Origin: Lama glama | Taxonomy: Eukaryota | Direction of reading: 5' to 3' | Length of the DNA: 64,000 bases | NCBI GenBank assembly: GCA_028534125.1 | Contig: CM052816.1 | Span: forward strand, 80,974,001 to 81,038,000 | In this document: positions 10,969 to 24,007 of the stretch, piece by piece | Layout: the number at the start of each line of letters is the position of its first letter | Numbering within the stretch: position 1 is the stretch's first letter | The notes under the pieces: model-generated | Seen by the model: only the letters and a program-made list of their open reading frames with translations | What the model was told of the DNA's origin: nothing | Databases searched by the model: none | Program-made: the position numbers and the translations under genes

Positions 10969-13900
10969 AAGATATCTACACCTACTGGAATATGATACGA
11001 AAATAGTTTTTACTTCTGTTGGTGAAAGGTCACAAGTATTAACATTGCTGTAGTTTGTTGCCTACACTCACAATTTAAAGAAAAGTTAAATCTCAGATGT
11101 TACAAAAGAAAGTCATAAACTTTTCTCATCCAAATTCATAGGACACACACACCTCCACCCTCTCCTGCATTCTGTGCAGTCCAGGAGTTTAGAATCCCTG
11201 GGCTGAGGAAGTCCTTACACCTTCAGCCTCTCTGAGGATAATAATAATTGAGGGTCTGTGAAATAGATGGTCTTCTCACTCTTGGATCTGTGTCTCTGTT
11301 TGATTACTGAAAGAAACGTTGGGGGAAATGCTGGATTGCGGCGTCTCTCCTTTACCCTGCACAACCTCACCTCTGCTCATCTTACTCTCCTCCCTGGTCT
11401 GATATTCCTGGTACTCTTAAGGAAAAGTTAGAGGTGATTCTGAATATTCATCACTTTTTTGCTATTCACAACATGAATCTAGACCTCTCTCTAGTTTGTT
11501 TATATTTTTGTTCTGTCCTAACTCTCCAAGAAACAAATTCCACATGCTTAACTAGGTGCTTTCTTACAGGAGTTTTTTAACTTGTCCCTAACCTCGTGAC
11601 ACAACAGTTTCTCTGAGAAATAGTGAAAAACAGCCCATATTCAAATTAGGTTTCCAAAAACTAACTTGTATAAATTCCTTTAACCTGTGATCAGTCTACA
11701 CATTATCAGTCATGGATACTTAAATATCCCTCTGAGATGTGGCTTTCTAGATTTCCCTCTGCTGCCCCATCCCCTCTCCTCAGGTTACTAGGAAGAGAAA
11801 TCCCATGGTATCCAAACCATACCATCCAAAAAGTGTGTAGTATCCTGCCCAGAATAGCCAGTGTCTAGCAGCCTGGCAGTGCCAAGCAAAATTTTGTAGG
11901 TAAACACTTAGAAGTATTCCCCTGGCGGCTTTCTTCATCTTTACACACACTAACACGTTGATGGTATCTGTCAGTGCCTCCTTCCCAGTAGAGTAGTGTT
12001 GGCCTCACAAATCAGAATTTCTGTTTGCTGAGAACAGAGTCTGGCAACCGTTCAACCAAAAGTAATCTGAAAACATTTACCTGCCTAAACCGATCTTCCT
12101 TTTGACGTGCCGGCTCGGCTGTTGCCAAGCTTGGAGACATCTCAAACAGTGTATTCTGTTTCTGAAAAACGTAATTAATCTACAATGATTAAAGTCTGAC
12201 AAGATGTCCTCAAGCCATCCTTTATTCTGTTTTATTATGAGCGACTTTACATAAGCGATTTAATATTATAAAGTCTGAAAAAGACTAAAGGAATTCAGGA
12301 GTGCTGGTTGACTTGATTCTATTTGATTTTGAGCAGATATTTCCAACTAGTTGCTAATTCTTGGTAATGCTGTCATGTTAAAATGCAGATATGTGGCTTT
12401 ATAAGAGCAGAGGCTATTTGATTTTGTTTTTCTTCTCAATCAGAAATACGCCTGGGCTTGCTATCAGTGACTTAGAAAAACTTGTTGTTTGGCTGCTTTT
12501 GTCCTGAAGTATAAAAATAGCATATATCCTTGAGTGGATTTTTTACTTTTCTGTGATACAGTGCTGGGGGCTCAGTGAAAGAATGCCACATTAGTAAAAT
12601 TAATCTGTTAGCTCTCCTTGGGCAAGTTTTATGCCAGTGGCAAAAGCATCTCTCTGCATTTGCCTCCTCCCTCATGCTTTCAGAGCATGTAGCCTTACAC
12701 GCAAAGCTAAGTGTAGAGGTGAGGATAATCTGGATCATTTCAGACCCCTCTCCAAGAATCCTCAACTTCTTCTCTTCTCCTGAAAGAATCATCAGCGTTT
12801 TTATATGTAATATGAGGGAACTGGACTCACCAGTTTTCATGAGGTTATCTTTTTCCATATTCACCAACTCTCCCCTGTGGTGCCAGAGTGGGGATTTGCA
12901 GAGAGCAGAGACTGGCTGCCAGGAGAGAGCCGGGGGGTAATGCAGGAGCCAGGGGCTTGAGTTGGGCAGGCTTTGGGACAGACAGACTAAAGACAGCTGC
13001 TCCAGATTCCCCACCCCTTTGGGGGCTTTGAGGTCCCTAGTCAATATCAGGCTGCCATGGATGTGAATGTTTGATCCTGATTATTTCCCTCTTGTTTCTA
13101 AGAAGGAAAAAAAAAAACAAACTTTAACAATAAACCTTTTTTCATTTGAACTGTTCATTATGGCTTACTGTTATCTTAGGGCTGTGAATCCTTGTCTTTT
13201 TGACCTAACCAATAAGTTGTGTCAGGACTTCCAAAGAAATGGCTGCTTTTAAATATGCCAGGTCTAATATCACTTTTACTTCATCAAAAATAAAAGGATA
13301 TTTTAATGCCCCCCAAAAGATAAGGAAGGATATAAATTAAGAATAAAGAACAGTTGTTTTAGTAAGTTTTATGAAAAACTCATTATGTATCCTTTTTGGT
13401 TTGTTTTGGTTACGTTCATTTGTTTTTTAATTTCACCACTGTCTAGTCTAAGTTTCAGGACTTATTGCTTTAGACTATAATTTGGCTAGGACAAAAATCA
13501 GGAAATAGTGTGCAAGCCTGTGGCAACCATAAAAAAAGTGCCCCTGACATCTCACATCTGCTGCTCCAGGAGCATGACTGAGAGAAGACTTAGCTGTGGC
13601 CCTGTGGCCCCACACCCAGGCCCACCTCCCACTGGCCCCTCTCAGGCCACGGCTGCATACGCCAGGAACGATAAGGCAGGCCCTTTCTGTCAAGATGCAG
13701 GACTCCTCTGATACATGACTTTGACTGAAGGACTCCCCATGAGCTTAGAACTGAAGTGTCCTCTGAGACTCTTCCTACCCATCCCTCCTTCCTTCCCCCT
13801 GTTCTTTGTAGGGAGGAGTCACACCTTCATCACCGTCTCAGGGTTCCCCACCCCTTCTCCAACTCCCTCCCCTTTTCAGTATTTTCCCCATCTCTTACAG

Positions 13901-14639
13901 GTTGAATCCTGTCTAGGTGACTGTTCCTTGGAGGACCAGAACTAACACAAAGCCCGTTCCCATCTACTATTTCATTCACCTGTGCCTCACACCACCCCTG
14001 GGAGAATTCAAGGATGGGTACAGAGAGCGAGAGATTTGGGCATATATCATCCCTGCCAAAGCTAGGCTGGAAGCCAGAAATTCTGGCTCTTAGACTAAAC
14101 TTTCCATTGTTTCACAAGATTTCTCTTGAAAGAATCACTTCTCAATACAAAGTATCTTGTTTGAGAAGAAATATCTAGGTTATAAGTACTCCAATGAATT
14201 TTCCAGTGACAATTTCCAAGTGACTGTTCCATCTCTCCAGACTAGTGGTTACCAAATGTTTTTAAGCCATTCATTGACTCCTTTCTGCAAGTTAAATCCT
14301 CACTGAAGCAGAGGCAGGCCTGAAGCACAGTTGGAATGGTAGGTGAAGTGGCCAGATGAAGACCTACTATTCACTGCTGAGCCTCTGTCCCCTCACCCCC
14401 ATTCACTGTTGCTTGAGATGCCCTTTCCAAGAATCCCGAGCTCTACTGAGCACGGTAATGGAGCCCCTGCTTAGACCACTGACCCCAGCGTGGTCCAGCT
14501 GCGCTGACCATGAGTGCTGCAGCCAGCCAGAGAAAGGAGCCTTCCTCCTCTGGGCCGGGTTCCTTTGTCACAGTGCAGGTCAGTAGCTGCCAGGGTTTGG
14601 CATTTGGAGGAATCTGTCTTCAGGTACTCTCGCCAAGTG

Positions 14640-15012
14640 CCTGGGCTCAGGTGCTCAGAGCCTGCTACTGTCCTTCCTGGAAATGCTCTCCTCCCAGATG
14701 TCTCTACACAGATGTCACCGCAGCAGGAACTCTCCTGAGGACATCACATAAAATCACAATGCACCTCGTCCCCCTCACCCTGCTTACTCCCCACCAGCTT
14801 TTCCTACCTACCTTACTCAGCTTTGCTCTCCTCCATGGTATTTATCCTATCTGACATATTGGACCTTTATTATTGACTCCCTCCCTCCACAAAACCGAAA
14901 GCCCTACAAAGGCAAGGAGCTTTTCTCAGAGGTATTTCCCTAGTGCTTAGCCTAGAACCTGACACATAGAAAGCACTCAAACATGTATTGAATGATTAAA
15001 TAAATAAATGAG
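14640..15012 (+). mobile_element. L2 3' end
   Basis: ttcctggaaatgctctcctcccag...cctagaacctgacacatagaaagcactcaaacatgtattgaatga tail. Confidence 0.75.
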
Positions 15013-17149
15013 TGGTATCATAGAATTTTTTAAGCAAAAGTGATTTATTCAGAATTTTATGTGTGTAATGGGGGAGAGAAGCAGGTTAGGGGAATCTGAG
15101 CTGGGAAAAAGAAGGGTGGAGGATGGTCCTTGCTCTATCCAGTGAATTAGCCTGCACCTCATCTTTACTCCATACATATGGCAACCATTTGTCCAGGGCT
15201 CGAGGATCAGACCTGATTTCAGATATGCTATTGATGTCCCTCCCCAATGGTTAATCTAATTTCTTCCAGACCATACCAGCAGCATTGGATTTTAAAAATA
15301 TGTAGCCACTAAATCCATATGCATAGATAGTTACAAATTCCAGGTCAACAAACATGTACAGCAAAAATATGGTATATGTTATGTTTGTCTTTACTTTTAA
15401 AAGACTCAGGGCATCTTACATACTGAATTATTGTTTATTTTCTAGCCACAGTGAAGTCATTTTTGATTGTCTGTTGGCCCAGCTGAGTCCCTCTCCCCTA
15501 GAACCTCTATAAGAAACCTACTATAATAATGCTTCAATCTGTCAAAGACAGTAGCCCTGGCAAGCTGGAATATGCCGCCAGAATCTTATATTATGAATAT
15601 GTTAACAATATTAACATGTAAATATTATTAATATGTTAATATTATTTGCTATTAGATTATTTCACTAATATATCTGCCAGAAACACACTAGGATTCAACG
15701 CCAGGCCACAGAAATCTGAAGTTAAGAAAATCCAAGTTAGAGTTTTCTAAGTAGTAGCCCAAGGGACAAAAACCCTTAAGCAAATCCACCAGATTAAAAG
15801 GGGCTAACCAAGGCACACTGTGCAGACAACTTCAGATAGCTTCTTCTATTACTCTGAATCCCTCTTTCAGAGCATGTGCTTTCTTTAGAAATTAATAACA
15901 TGATGGAAATAAGGAAGCGTTCAGGAGAAGCAATGTGGGCAAAGGGACTCAAACTACCTGAATCTTATTTTGGCCCTTTCTTGGTCCTATGTTGGCGCCT
16001 GTCACTTTGGTTCTCCTAGATTGGCTTTTTCTCTTAAGAAATAGAGAAAAAGAGAAAGAAAATCTCTTTATGTGCAGAGATCCTATCTTATGTGTCTTTT
16101 TCCAGAGTCCATACTCAATAAATGTTTGTTGAACTCAAGCTGTCTTCTCCTCAGTATGAGGTAAAGCCACTTAGAAGGCAGTAGAATTTACAGGGTAGAC
16201 AATCTAGCCAGGCCTTGATGTTGGATTTAAGCACTTTCTTTGACTTCAGTACTGGAAGCAGGTTTCATTCTGTCTTAGGTTTTTAAGGACAATAAACAAT
16301 AAAGTAGCAATGATCTGGTAGGAAGATAATTAACAATCCCCCTCACATCACACTCAATTCTCTCTCTCTTTCTCTCTCTCTCTCCCATTTACTCTCTACC
16401 TCTTTCTTCATTTTTCGTATTTCTAAACCTCATCACCAGCACAAAGGCCCAATGCTAGGACCTCATTATTCAAGAGTCCAAGGTCCTTCTGTTGTATTTT
16501 GATGGAATTCATTTGAGTGTCTATTTTTCACAGGGGATTAGATAGGAATTAATGCCTTCACCATCTAAGGAGATTCAGTGCAATCTAACACCATATTCTT
16601 TGAGTAGTTTCGTAGGAATCCCCACATGCCCACCTGCCTACCTGCATTTGTAATTAATTAATTTACTTATTTATACTGTTGCTAAGATACCCTCCTCTGA
16701 CTAACCTCTGGACCCTGACACAGAGGGAGTGATTCAGGTATGATTACACTTTCTCTTCAGATAGTCTTTTGTTATTCTAGGAACCATCTCATTTTTTTAA
16801 AGTTAATTCTGTTTTTGATTCAGAAAGCTTCTGGATTCCATTAAAATCACAAGGCTAATTCTCTGAGTCACAGAGTCATAGAATTTTAAAGCTAAAATGA
16901 ATTATAGAATTATATAGTCCAACTCTTTTATGTTACAATTAATTCATTCAGGTTTTCAAGAAATATATATCCCACATCCACTACATGCCAGGCACTGGGC
17001 TAGTTACTGAGGTCACTTCCTTTCAGGAAAAGGCAACACATAAATAGATACTAAACAGTGCAAAAGAAGCCTAGAAGAGGGGACCCCCATCTGTCTGGAA
17101 GGACCAGGGATGGCTGCTATAGAAAAGAGCACCTACGAAGATTCAGGTA

Positions 17150-17390
17150 ATTGATGCTGGGTGTTTGTTCTTCCTATTCTGGGTCAGGCTTGGCGCCAAG
17201 TGCCCTGTATTTGAGAATTCCTTCATGCTTCATACAACCCTATGAAGTACAGACTATTGTCATCTCCATTTTATTGATGAGGAAACTGAGGTACAGAAAA
17301 GATTAAGTAACAGGTCCAAACATCACGTCAGTGAATGGCAGAGCCAGGAGTGTACCGTCCAGCGTTCATCCTCCTAACTGCTGTGCTGCT
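17150..17390 (-). mobile_element. MIR SINE
   Basis: Antisense core acaaccctatgaagt...ctccattttattgatgaggaaactgaggtacaga. Confidence 0.85.
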
Positions 17391-18292
17391 TGCCATTTTG
17401 ACTTTGCCAGATTTCCCTGGCCAAACATCGACAGGTGAGGATTGAATCAAGGTGTTCTGATTCCCGGACTAGCATTAAAATGTAACTCCTAAGACCCCAG
17501 AGTAGCTGTCTATTTTTCTTAGTGGTCTGTCAGAGGCTGATGATTCTCAAAGTAGCTTCTTAAAAAAGGTAAGACATTACCTAGAATAGCAGCTTTGGGG
17601 TCCTTGTTTAGAAGTGTCGGGGCTTGGGGTAGGGAAATATGGCAAATATAAGACTCAACGTCCATTAAACAAAAATGTACTGTGAGCAAAAGCCTGGTGT
17701 GTTTGGGCGAATAGTGAGTTTCTACCACATGCGAGGTATAATAATAATCAGGTTTTCAAAATATTCAGCCAGACTCCACTGGCTTCTTTAAGATAGAAAT
17801 GCACAGACAGATAAAAGACTGTGTTCAGGTTTTATTTTAATCTTTGCCTCCCTACTTGTGGTCTTAGAGGCCTTAGTATTGAAAGTAAATTATATTTCTA
17901 CCTTCTTCCCAAGACAGGAATTTGCATTTTAATTTTGGAACACTTAGGGAAAAAATCAAATGAAATGCTTTATTTACTTTTTTGAGACTTTTTTTTTCCT
18001 TCTTTCCAGGAATAAAGCCTATTACTAAGTTGTAGACTAAATACCCTAAGTCCCAAGGCAGGACTGGCTCCTGGAGCTGTAGAAAATGTGTCTGTGCTTT
18101 GCCCAGGAGGAAAGGGCCCAGCTTCACGAGGCTCCAGCATGAAATAGATTTGTGTTCTGAAAGTTACTTATGTGTATTTATCATCTTATTAGCAATTCTG
18201 AAGCTTTCCAGACTATGAAAATAATGACAACATAGCTACCAGTGTATAATTCTTAAGAGTTTGTCTAACAGACTAGCCTCTGCTCAACTAGA

Positions 18293-18422
18293 TACAGTAG
18301 CCATACACTTTATCACACAAACTGGACACTTAGAAAGCATAAATGACTGCTGTTATTATCTACAATGGGACAGTGTTATAAACCAGGACTGAACCAACAA
18401 ACTAGCATGAGTGATCAACCTA
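18293..18422. mobile_element. MER81-like hAT (Blackjack) MITE
   Basis: ~130 bp: ccatacactttatcacacaaactggacact...taaaccaggactg...gatcaaccta matches the remembered MER81 layout. Confidence 0.55.
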
Positions 18423-20053
18423 ATTGTGGGCAAAATTCCCTTTTCAAGCAAAGAAAATAAATCAGCATGGTCTCTACAGACAGAGCATGATGACAAGTAT
18501 GGAGTCACATAAGTGAAGGGTCAGGAAGATGGCATTCACACCTGGGACTACTCTGAACACAGACATTTAGAGCTGGAAGGGAACAGTAACTATCTAGTTC
18601 AACCAGATGAGTAAGTAAAAAGGAATTAGAGATTCATGTAGGCCCTTTACAAAGTAGAGACAGAATCCAGGACTACTGACTCAGCTACATCAAGCAGTCA
18701 CTTGAGTAGTATCTGAGGCACAACTGTCAGCTGAGTAGCTAAGGACCCAATGAAAGGAATATCCAGAGTTAATCACTTCCCCTACAACACGAGTGCTCGT
18801 CCCCATTCTCCCATGAAACGCCCTCTGCATCTTCTACCAGCTCTGGCAATAAGGCACATTTGGCTCTCCTTGTTGAAGAATCAGTAGATAATAACTCTAC
18901 TAATAGCACCAATCATTTGAGCTGTGCACTTGGAATTGAGCAGGACTGTTCTCATTAATTTTCATATTCATTAATCACTTATCCAGAAAACCAATTACCA
19001 CTCATTATCATTCAGCAGAAAACAGAAGTCTAAGAATAATGACACATAGCACAGGTCAGTTTTGATGGAAAATGAAAAGGTCTCAAGGGAATCTGATAGG
19101 TTGTTCAACACCCTGAGATGGTGAGGCTGGGCCATGTGAAGATTCTAAATGTTGGAGAGGGGATGACTAGAGTAACTGAGAAGGACATGAGAAAGAAAGG
19201 GAAAGGTTTAGAAGGCATTTTTGCATGGTGTCTACTTCAGCAAAGGGATATGTTAAAGCCTTCTTAAAGTTAATTAGAAACATGAGCTTACATGTTGAGC
19301 AGGTGTGGGGTGCCCAGAGCACCCAAGAGTGTTTTTTTCTGCCTCTGATTATGGGCAGGAATTTAGGAATCAAAGACCAGGAATTAATTATCCCCTTGAA
19401 GGCAGGTTGCACAGCATGTCTCTCCCTGGTTCTTTACTATTTCCCCGCAAGTCAAGATGAATTGGCAGGAAGAGGGAGATGAATTAATTCCAAATATAGA
19501 ATTAATTTTCTCTTATCACTAATGAGTTGCACATTATGTTGTATACAATGAGCCTAAGAGAATAGTTGAGTGTATGCCTCTTGCAAATCTAAGAGGGAAA
19601 AATAATGAAATTCCGGCATTATTTGGAATCGGACAGCAATCCTCAAAAGAGTATCAGTTTATCTGTAGCAATATCTTTGTTTCATGAAACAAATGTTTAG
19701 ATGAAGATGGAAAAATTGAATCAGTCGTTTAGAATTTTAGTCACAGATTTGGGGTCTTATGGATGAATATTTCAATTTTCACCAACATGTTGAATGCCAT
19801 GGAAAACTGATAGCTCTGCAATGAGATCTTAAAACATTTTTCAAGCCTTTTACATTAGGCCTCCCAGAGTACCATTTAAGGTGTTCTCTTTTATTGGGCA
19901 CCATCCAGTAAATACACATTAAGTATTAGTTTGTTGCACCTGGTCTGAACTAAGTTATACATTTTCAAACATACCTTTGGGAACAAGAAGCACTAGTACA
20001 GTGCTTTTCAAACATTTTTTTTTTTTTACCACAGCACACATAAATACATTTTA

Positions 20054-23000
20054 GAGGAAATCCCCAAGGTGGCAGAGTTAAAGGACACTGAGCCCACCTC
20101 CTCTCATGGGTGCATCAAAATTGGAACTATGTACCTAAAAGCTATCAATGAAAAAGATCAGAACTTACCAGAAAAGATCTTCTACAACTAAAGATATAAA
20201 GAGGGACCCACCATAAGACAGGTAGGAGGGGCAGAGTTGTAATACAGTCAAGACTCATAGCCCTGAGTCAGCTACCCACAAATAGGAAAATAATTACAAT
20301 TTCAGAGGTTCCCCTCAAGGAGCAAGGGGTCTGAGACCCACATTGTGCTTTCCAGCCCAGGAATCCTGTGACTGGAAAATAAGCCTTCAGAGCATTTAGC
20401 TTTGAAGGCCACAGGGCTTAGTTTCAGGAAACTCAGAGGGCTACGGGAAATAGAGACTCCATTCTTGAAGGGCATACGCAAAAATCTCACACACTCTAGA
20501 CTCAAGGAAGAAGCAGTAATTGAAAGGATCTTAGATCAGACCTATCTGCTGATCTTGCAGAGTTTCCTGGAGAGACAACAGGCAACTGGACCTCACCCAA
20601 GGGAAATATACCCTGGCAGCAGTCATTTTGGGGTGCTCATTCTACCATGTGGACACTGATGCTGGCAAGCACCAGTTTGGAATCTTCCCTCTAGCTTATT
20701 AGCCTCAGGGCCCAGCCCTTCCCTAGCCTGCCAGCCTGCAGGCACCAGTACTGCGGTACCTCAGGCCAAGCAACTAACTGGGTGGGGACACAGCCCCATC
20801 CACCAGCCATCAGGTTGCTTTAAGACACTCTAAACCCAGCTGCCCCTGGGCACAGCCCTGTCCACCAGAGGGCCCAGGACATGGCCTCACACTCATGTGC
20901 AGGAACGAGACCCAGAACTCCAAGGTCTCTGCAGCCAGAGACCCCAGGACCCAGCTCTCCTTCCAGTGGACAGGCAGCAGCCCCAGAATCCCCTGGGCCC
21001 CAGCCCTGCCCACCAGTAAGCCTTCTCTAGCCTCCAGACCAGTCTAACCCACCAGCAGCAGATAGCAGCCCCAGGACAGCTGCAGCCCCACAGCCTGACG
21101 TGGCATGACCCAGCTAACCCATCAGCAGGCCATGTCAGGAACCAACTGCACCTGTCAGCAGTCTGACACCAGTTCTGGGACTCCTTGGCCCTACGATCAG
21201 ACCCCAGGATACAGATCTGCCCACCAGTGGGCCAGCACTAACCCCAGGACCTGGCTCATTACTGGTGGGTGGGTACCAGTTCCAAGGTCTCCTGGACACC
21301 CAACTCCACCCACCAGTGAGCCAAGAATAACCTCAGGGCACCCCAGGGCTCTGCAGCCAACTGCCTCATAACCTGGCCCTGCCAACCAGTGGCCAGCAGC
21401 CTCCACACAAGGCAGAGCCTGACAACTAACAGGACCGGGGACCAGCCACACCTACCAGACTGCCAACAGTAGTCAGCCCACCACAACAGACAGACAGACC
21501 CCTACAGCCCATGGGGGGCACCCCTAGAGTAGATAATGCTAGTGACCAGAGAGGAGTGTGCTGCTGGGACATATAGGAAGTCTCCTACAAAAGGCCATCT
21601 CTTCAAGATCAGAAAACATAACCAACCTGAAAGATACACAGAAATAAAAGCAGCAAGTTAGGCCAAGCAAGATGTCAGAGGAAAATGTCCCAGATGAAGA
21701 AATACGACAAAATCCCAGAAGAAATAAGTGAAGTGGAGACAGGCAATCTACTCAAGAAAGAGTTCAAAGTTATGATTGTAAAGATGATCAAAGAACTTGT
21801 GAGAAGAATGAACAGTGAAAGAAGTTAGAAGTTTGTAGCAGAGCTAGAAAATATAAAGAATAATCAAACGGAGACAAAGAATACAATAACTGAAATGAAA
21901 AATACACTAGAAGTTAACAGTAGACTAAATTATACAGAAGTAAGGATCAGTGGGCTGGGAGACAGAGTAGTGGAAATCGCTGAAGCTGGACAGAAAAAGG
22001 AAAATGAGTGAAAAGAAAGTAAGGCAGTGTAAGAGACCTCTAGAACATCAAGCTTACTAACATTTGCATTATAGGGGTCCCAGAAGGAGAACAGAGAGAA
22101 AGGGGCAGAGGACATATTGAAAACATAATAGCTGAAAACTTCCCTAACCTGGGAAATGAAATAGACATTCAAGTCAAGAAACCACAGAGTTCCAAATAGC
22201 ATTAAACCAAAGAAGACCAAACCAAGACAAATTGTAATTAAAATGACAAAAATTAAAGATAAAGAGAGAATATTAAAAGCAGCAAGGGACAAGCAACAAG
22301 TTATATACAAGGCAACACCCATAAGGTTATCAGCTGACTTTTCATCAGACTTTCTGTGGCCCAAAAGAGAGAGGCATGATATTTAAAGTGATGAAAGGGA
22401 AAAACATGCAAGCAAGAGTACTATACCTGGCAAGTCTCATTCAAATCTGATGAGAGATCAAAAGTTTTAGAGACAAACAAAAACTAAAAGAGCTCAGCAC
22501 CACAAAACCAGCTTTACAAGAAATGTTAAAGGGACTTCTCTAAGCAAAAAAGAAAAAGCCATAATAAGAAACATGAAAATTTCAAGAGGAAAAAGCTCAT
22601 TGATAAAAACAAATATACAGTCAACTATGTACAAAGTTAGTAGGAAGGTTAAAAGACAAAAGGAGTAAAATTATCCCCTTCAAAAGAAGACTGAAGAAAA
22701 GTAGTAAAATTATCTATATTCACAGTAAGCAGTTAAGGAACACACAAAACAAATAGATGTAAAAAATGATATCAAAAACTGATTGTGAGAGGAGGAAAAT
22801 AAAAATGCAAAGTTGTTAAACTGTGTTTCAAATGGAAAAATCATCAATTTAAATAATCATATATATATATTGATTGCTATATATAAACCTCATGGTAACC
22901 ACAAGCCAAAAATCTATAATAGATACAACACACACAAAGAGAAAGGAATACAAACATAACACTAAAGAGAGTCATCAAATCACAAAGGAAGAGAATAAAA

Positions 23001-24007
23001 GAAGAAAAAAGGAACAAAAAAGGACTACAAAAAATTCAAAGTCAACGGAATAGCAGTAAGTACATACATCTCAATAATTACTTCAAATATAAATGGACTG
23101 AATGCTCCAGGATAGATCATGAGCAAGGCCACAAAACAAGCCTTGGTAACATCAAGAAAATTGAAATCATATCAAGCAAGCATCTTTTCCAACCACAAAA
23201 CTGTGAGACTAGAAATCAAAATTAGAAAGAAAGAAATCATAAAGATCAGAACAGAAATAAATGAAATAGAGACTAAAATAAAAAAAAAAGCAAAGATCGA
23301 TAAAACCAAGAGCTTGTTCTTTGAAAAGATATACAAAATTGATAAGCCTTTAGCCAGACTCATCAAAAAAAAAAAAAAAAGAGAGAGAGAAAGCCCAAAT
23401 CAATAAAATCAGAAATGAAAAAGGAGGAATTCCAACCAATAACACAGAAGTACAAAGGATCTTAAAAGGTTACTATGAACAAATAAACGCCAATAAAATA
23501 GACAACCTAGAAAAAAATGCACGAATTCCTAGAAGTGTGCAGTAACCCAAGACTGAACTAGGGAGGAATAGGAAATATGAAAATACCAATTACCAGTAAT
23601 GAAATTGAAGCAGTAATTTAAAGACTTCCAACAAACAGAAGTCCAGGACCAGATGGCTCACAGGTGAATTCTACTAAACATTTTAAAAAGAGTTATCACT
23701 TATTCTTCTCAAACTACTCCAAAAAATTGCAGAGGAAGCAACACCCAAACTCATTCTACCAGGCCAGCATCATTCTGATACCAAAATAGACAAAGATATC
23801 ACACAAAAAAAGAAAATTACAGGCCAGTATCACTGATGAACAGATGCGAAAATCCTCAACAAAACTTTAGAAAATGGAATCCAACATTTAAAGGATACAG
23901 GGTATTGACTTAGTGAAATAAGTCAGACAGAGAAATAAAAATATTGTATGTTATCAGTTTTATGTGGAATCTTAAAAATAAAACAAACTTGTGAATATTA
24001 AAAAAAG
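20054..24007 (+). mobile_element. TSD-flanked, internally deleted L1: 5'UTR, ORF1, inter-ORF spacer, ORF2 pieces and a short 3'UTR
   Basis: Begins ...ccaaggtggcagag (L1 5' motif); GC-rich repetitive UTR; ORF1 and ORF2 landmarks; 12-bp TSD aaatacatttta at 20042-20053 and 24008-24019. Confidence 0.9.
21672..22543 (+). pseudogene. Decayed L1 ORF1 (RNA-binding protein), with stops and frameshifts
   Basis: aacatttgcattataggggtcccagaaggag (NICIIGVPEG), ataatagctgaaaacttccctaacctggg (IIAENFPNL), cccataaggttatcagctgacttttca (PIRLSADFS), ending ttaaagggacttctctaa (LKGLL*). Confidence 0.85.

Larger units (their letters stand above)
9810..11202. mobile_element. hAT-Charlie-type non-autonomous DNA transposon relic, split by the L1 at 10066-10968
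   Basis: aacaaatttgtgatataataatatg...acaagatctagtgacag on the left continues as ttggtgaaaggtcacaagtatt...tttgttgcctaca on the right and ends in agaatccctg. Confidence 0.65.

Noticed and set aside
12472..13044. 190-aa minus-strand ORF and the overlapping 121-aa plus-strand ORF
   Set aside because: Non-ATG starts, no recognisable domain and no convincing splice context; compatible with chance.
20700..21520. Repeated motifs with variable spacers, superficially CRISPR-like
   Set aside because: The repeats are degenerate, irregularly spaced and inside a mammalian L1 5'UTR; there are no cas genes.
21930..22364. 144-aa hydrophobic minus-strand ORF resembling a membrane protein
   Set aside because: Antisense reading of the A-rich L1 ORF1.
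22657..22714. Near-duplicate aaaag(g/t)agtaaaattatc around a short spacer in the L1 inter-ORF region
   Set aside because: Too short and A-rich to distinguish a tiny insertion from local slippage.
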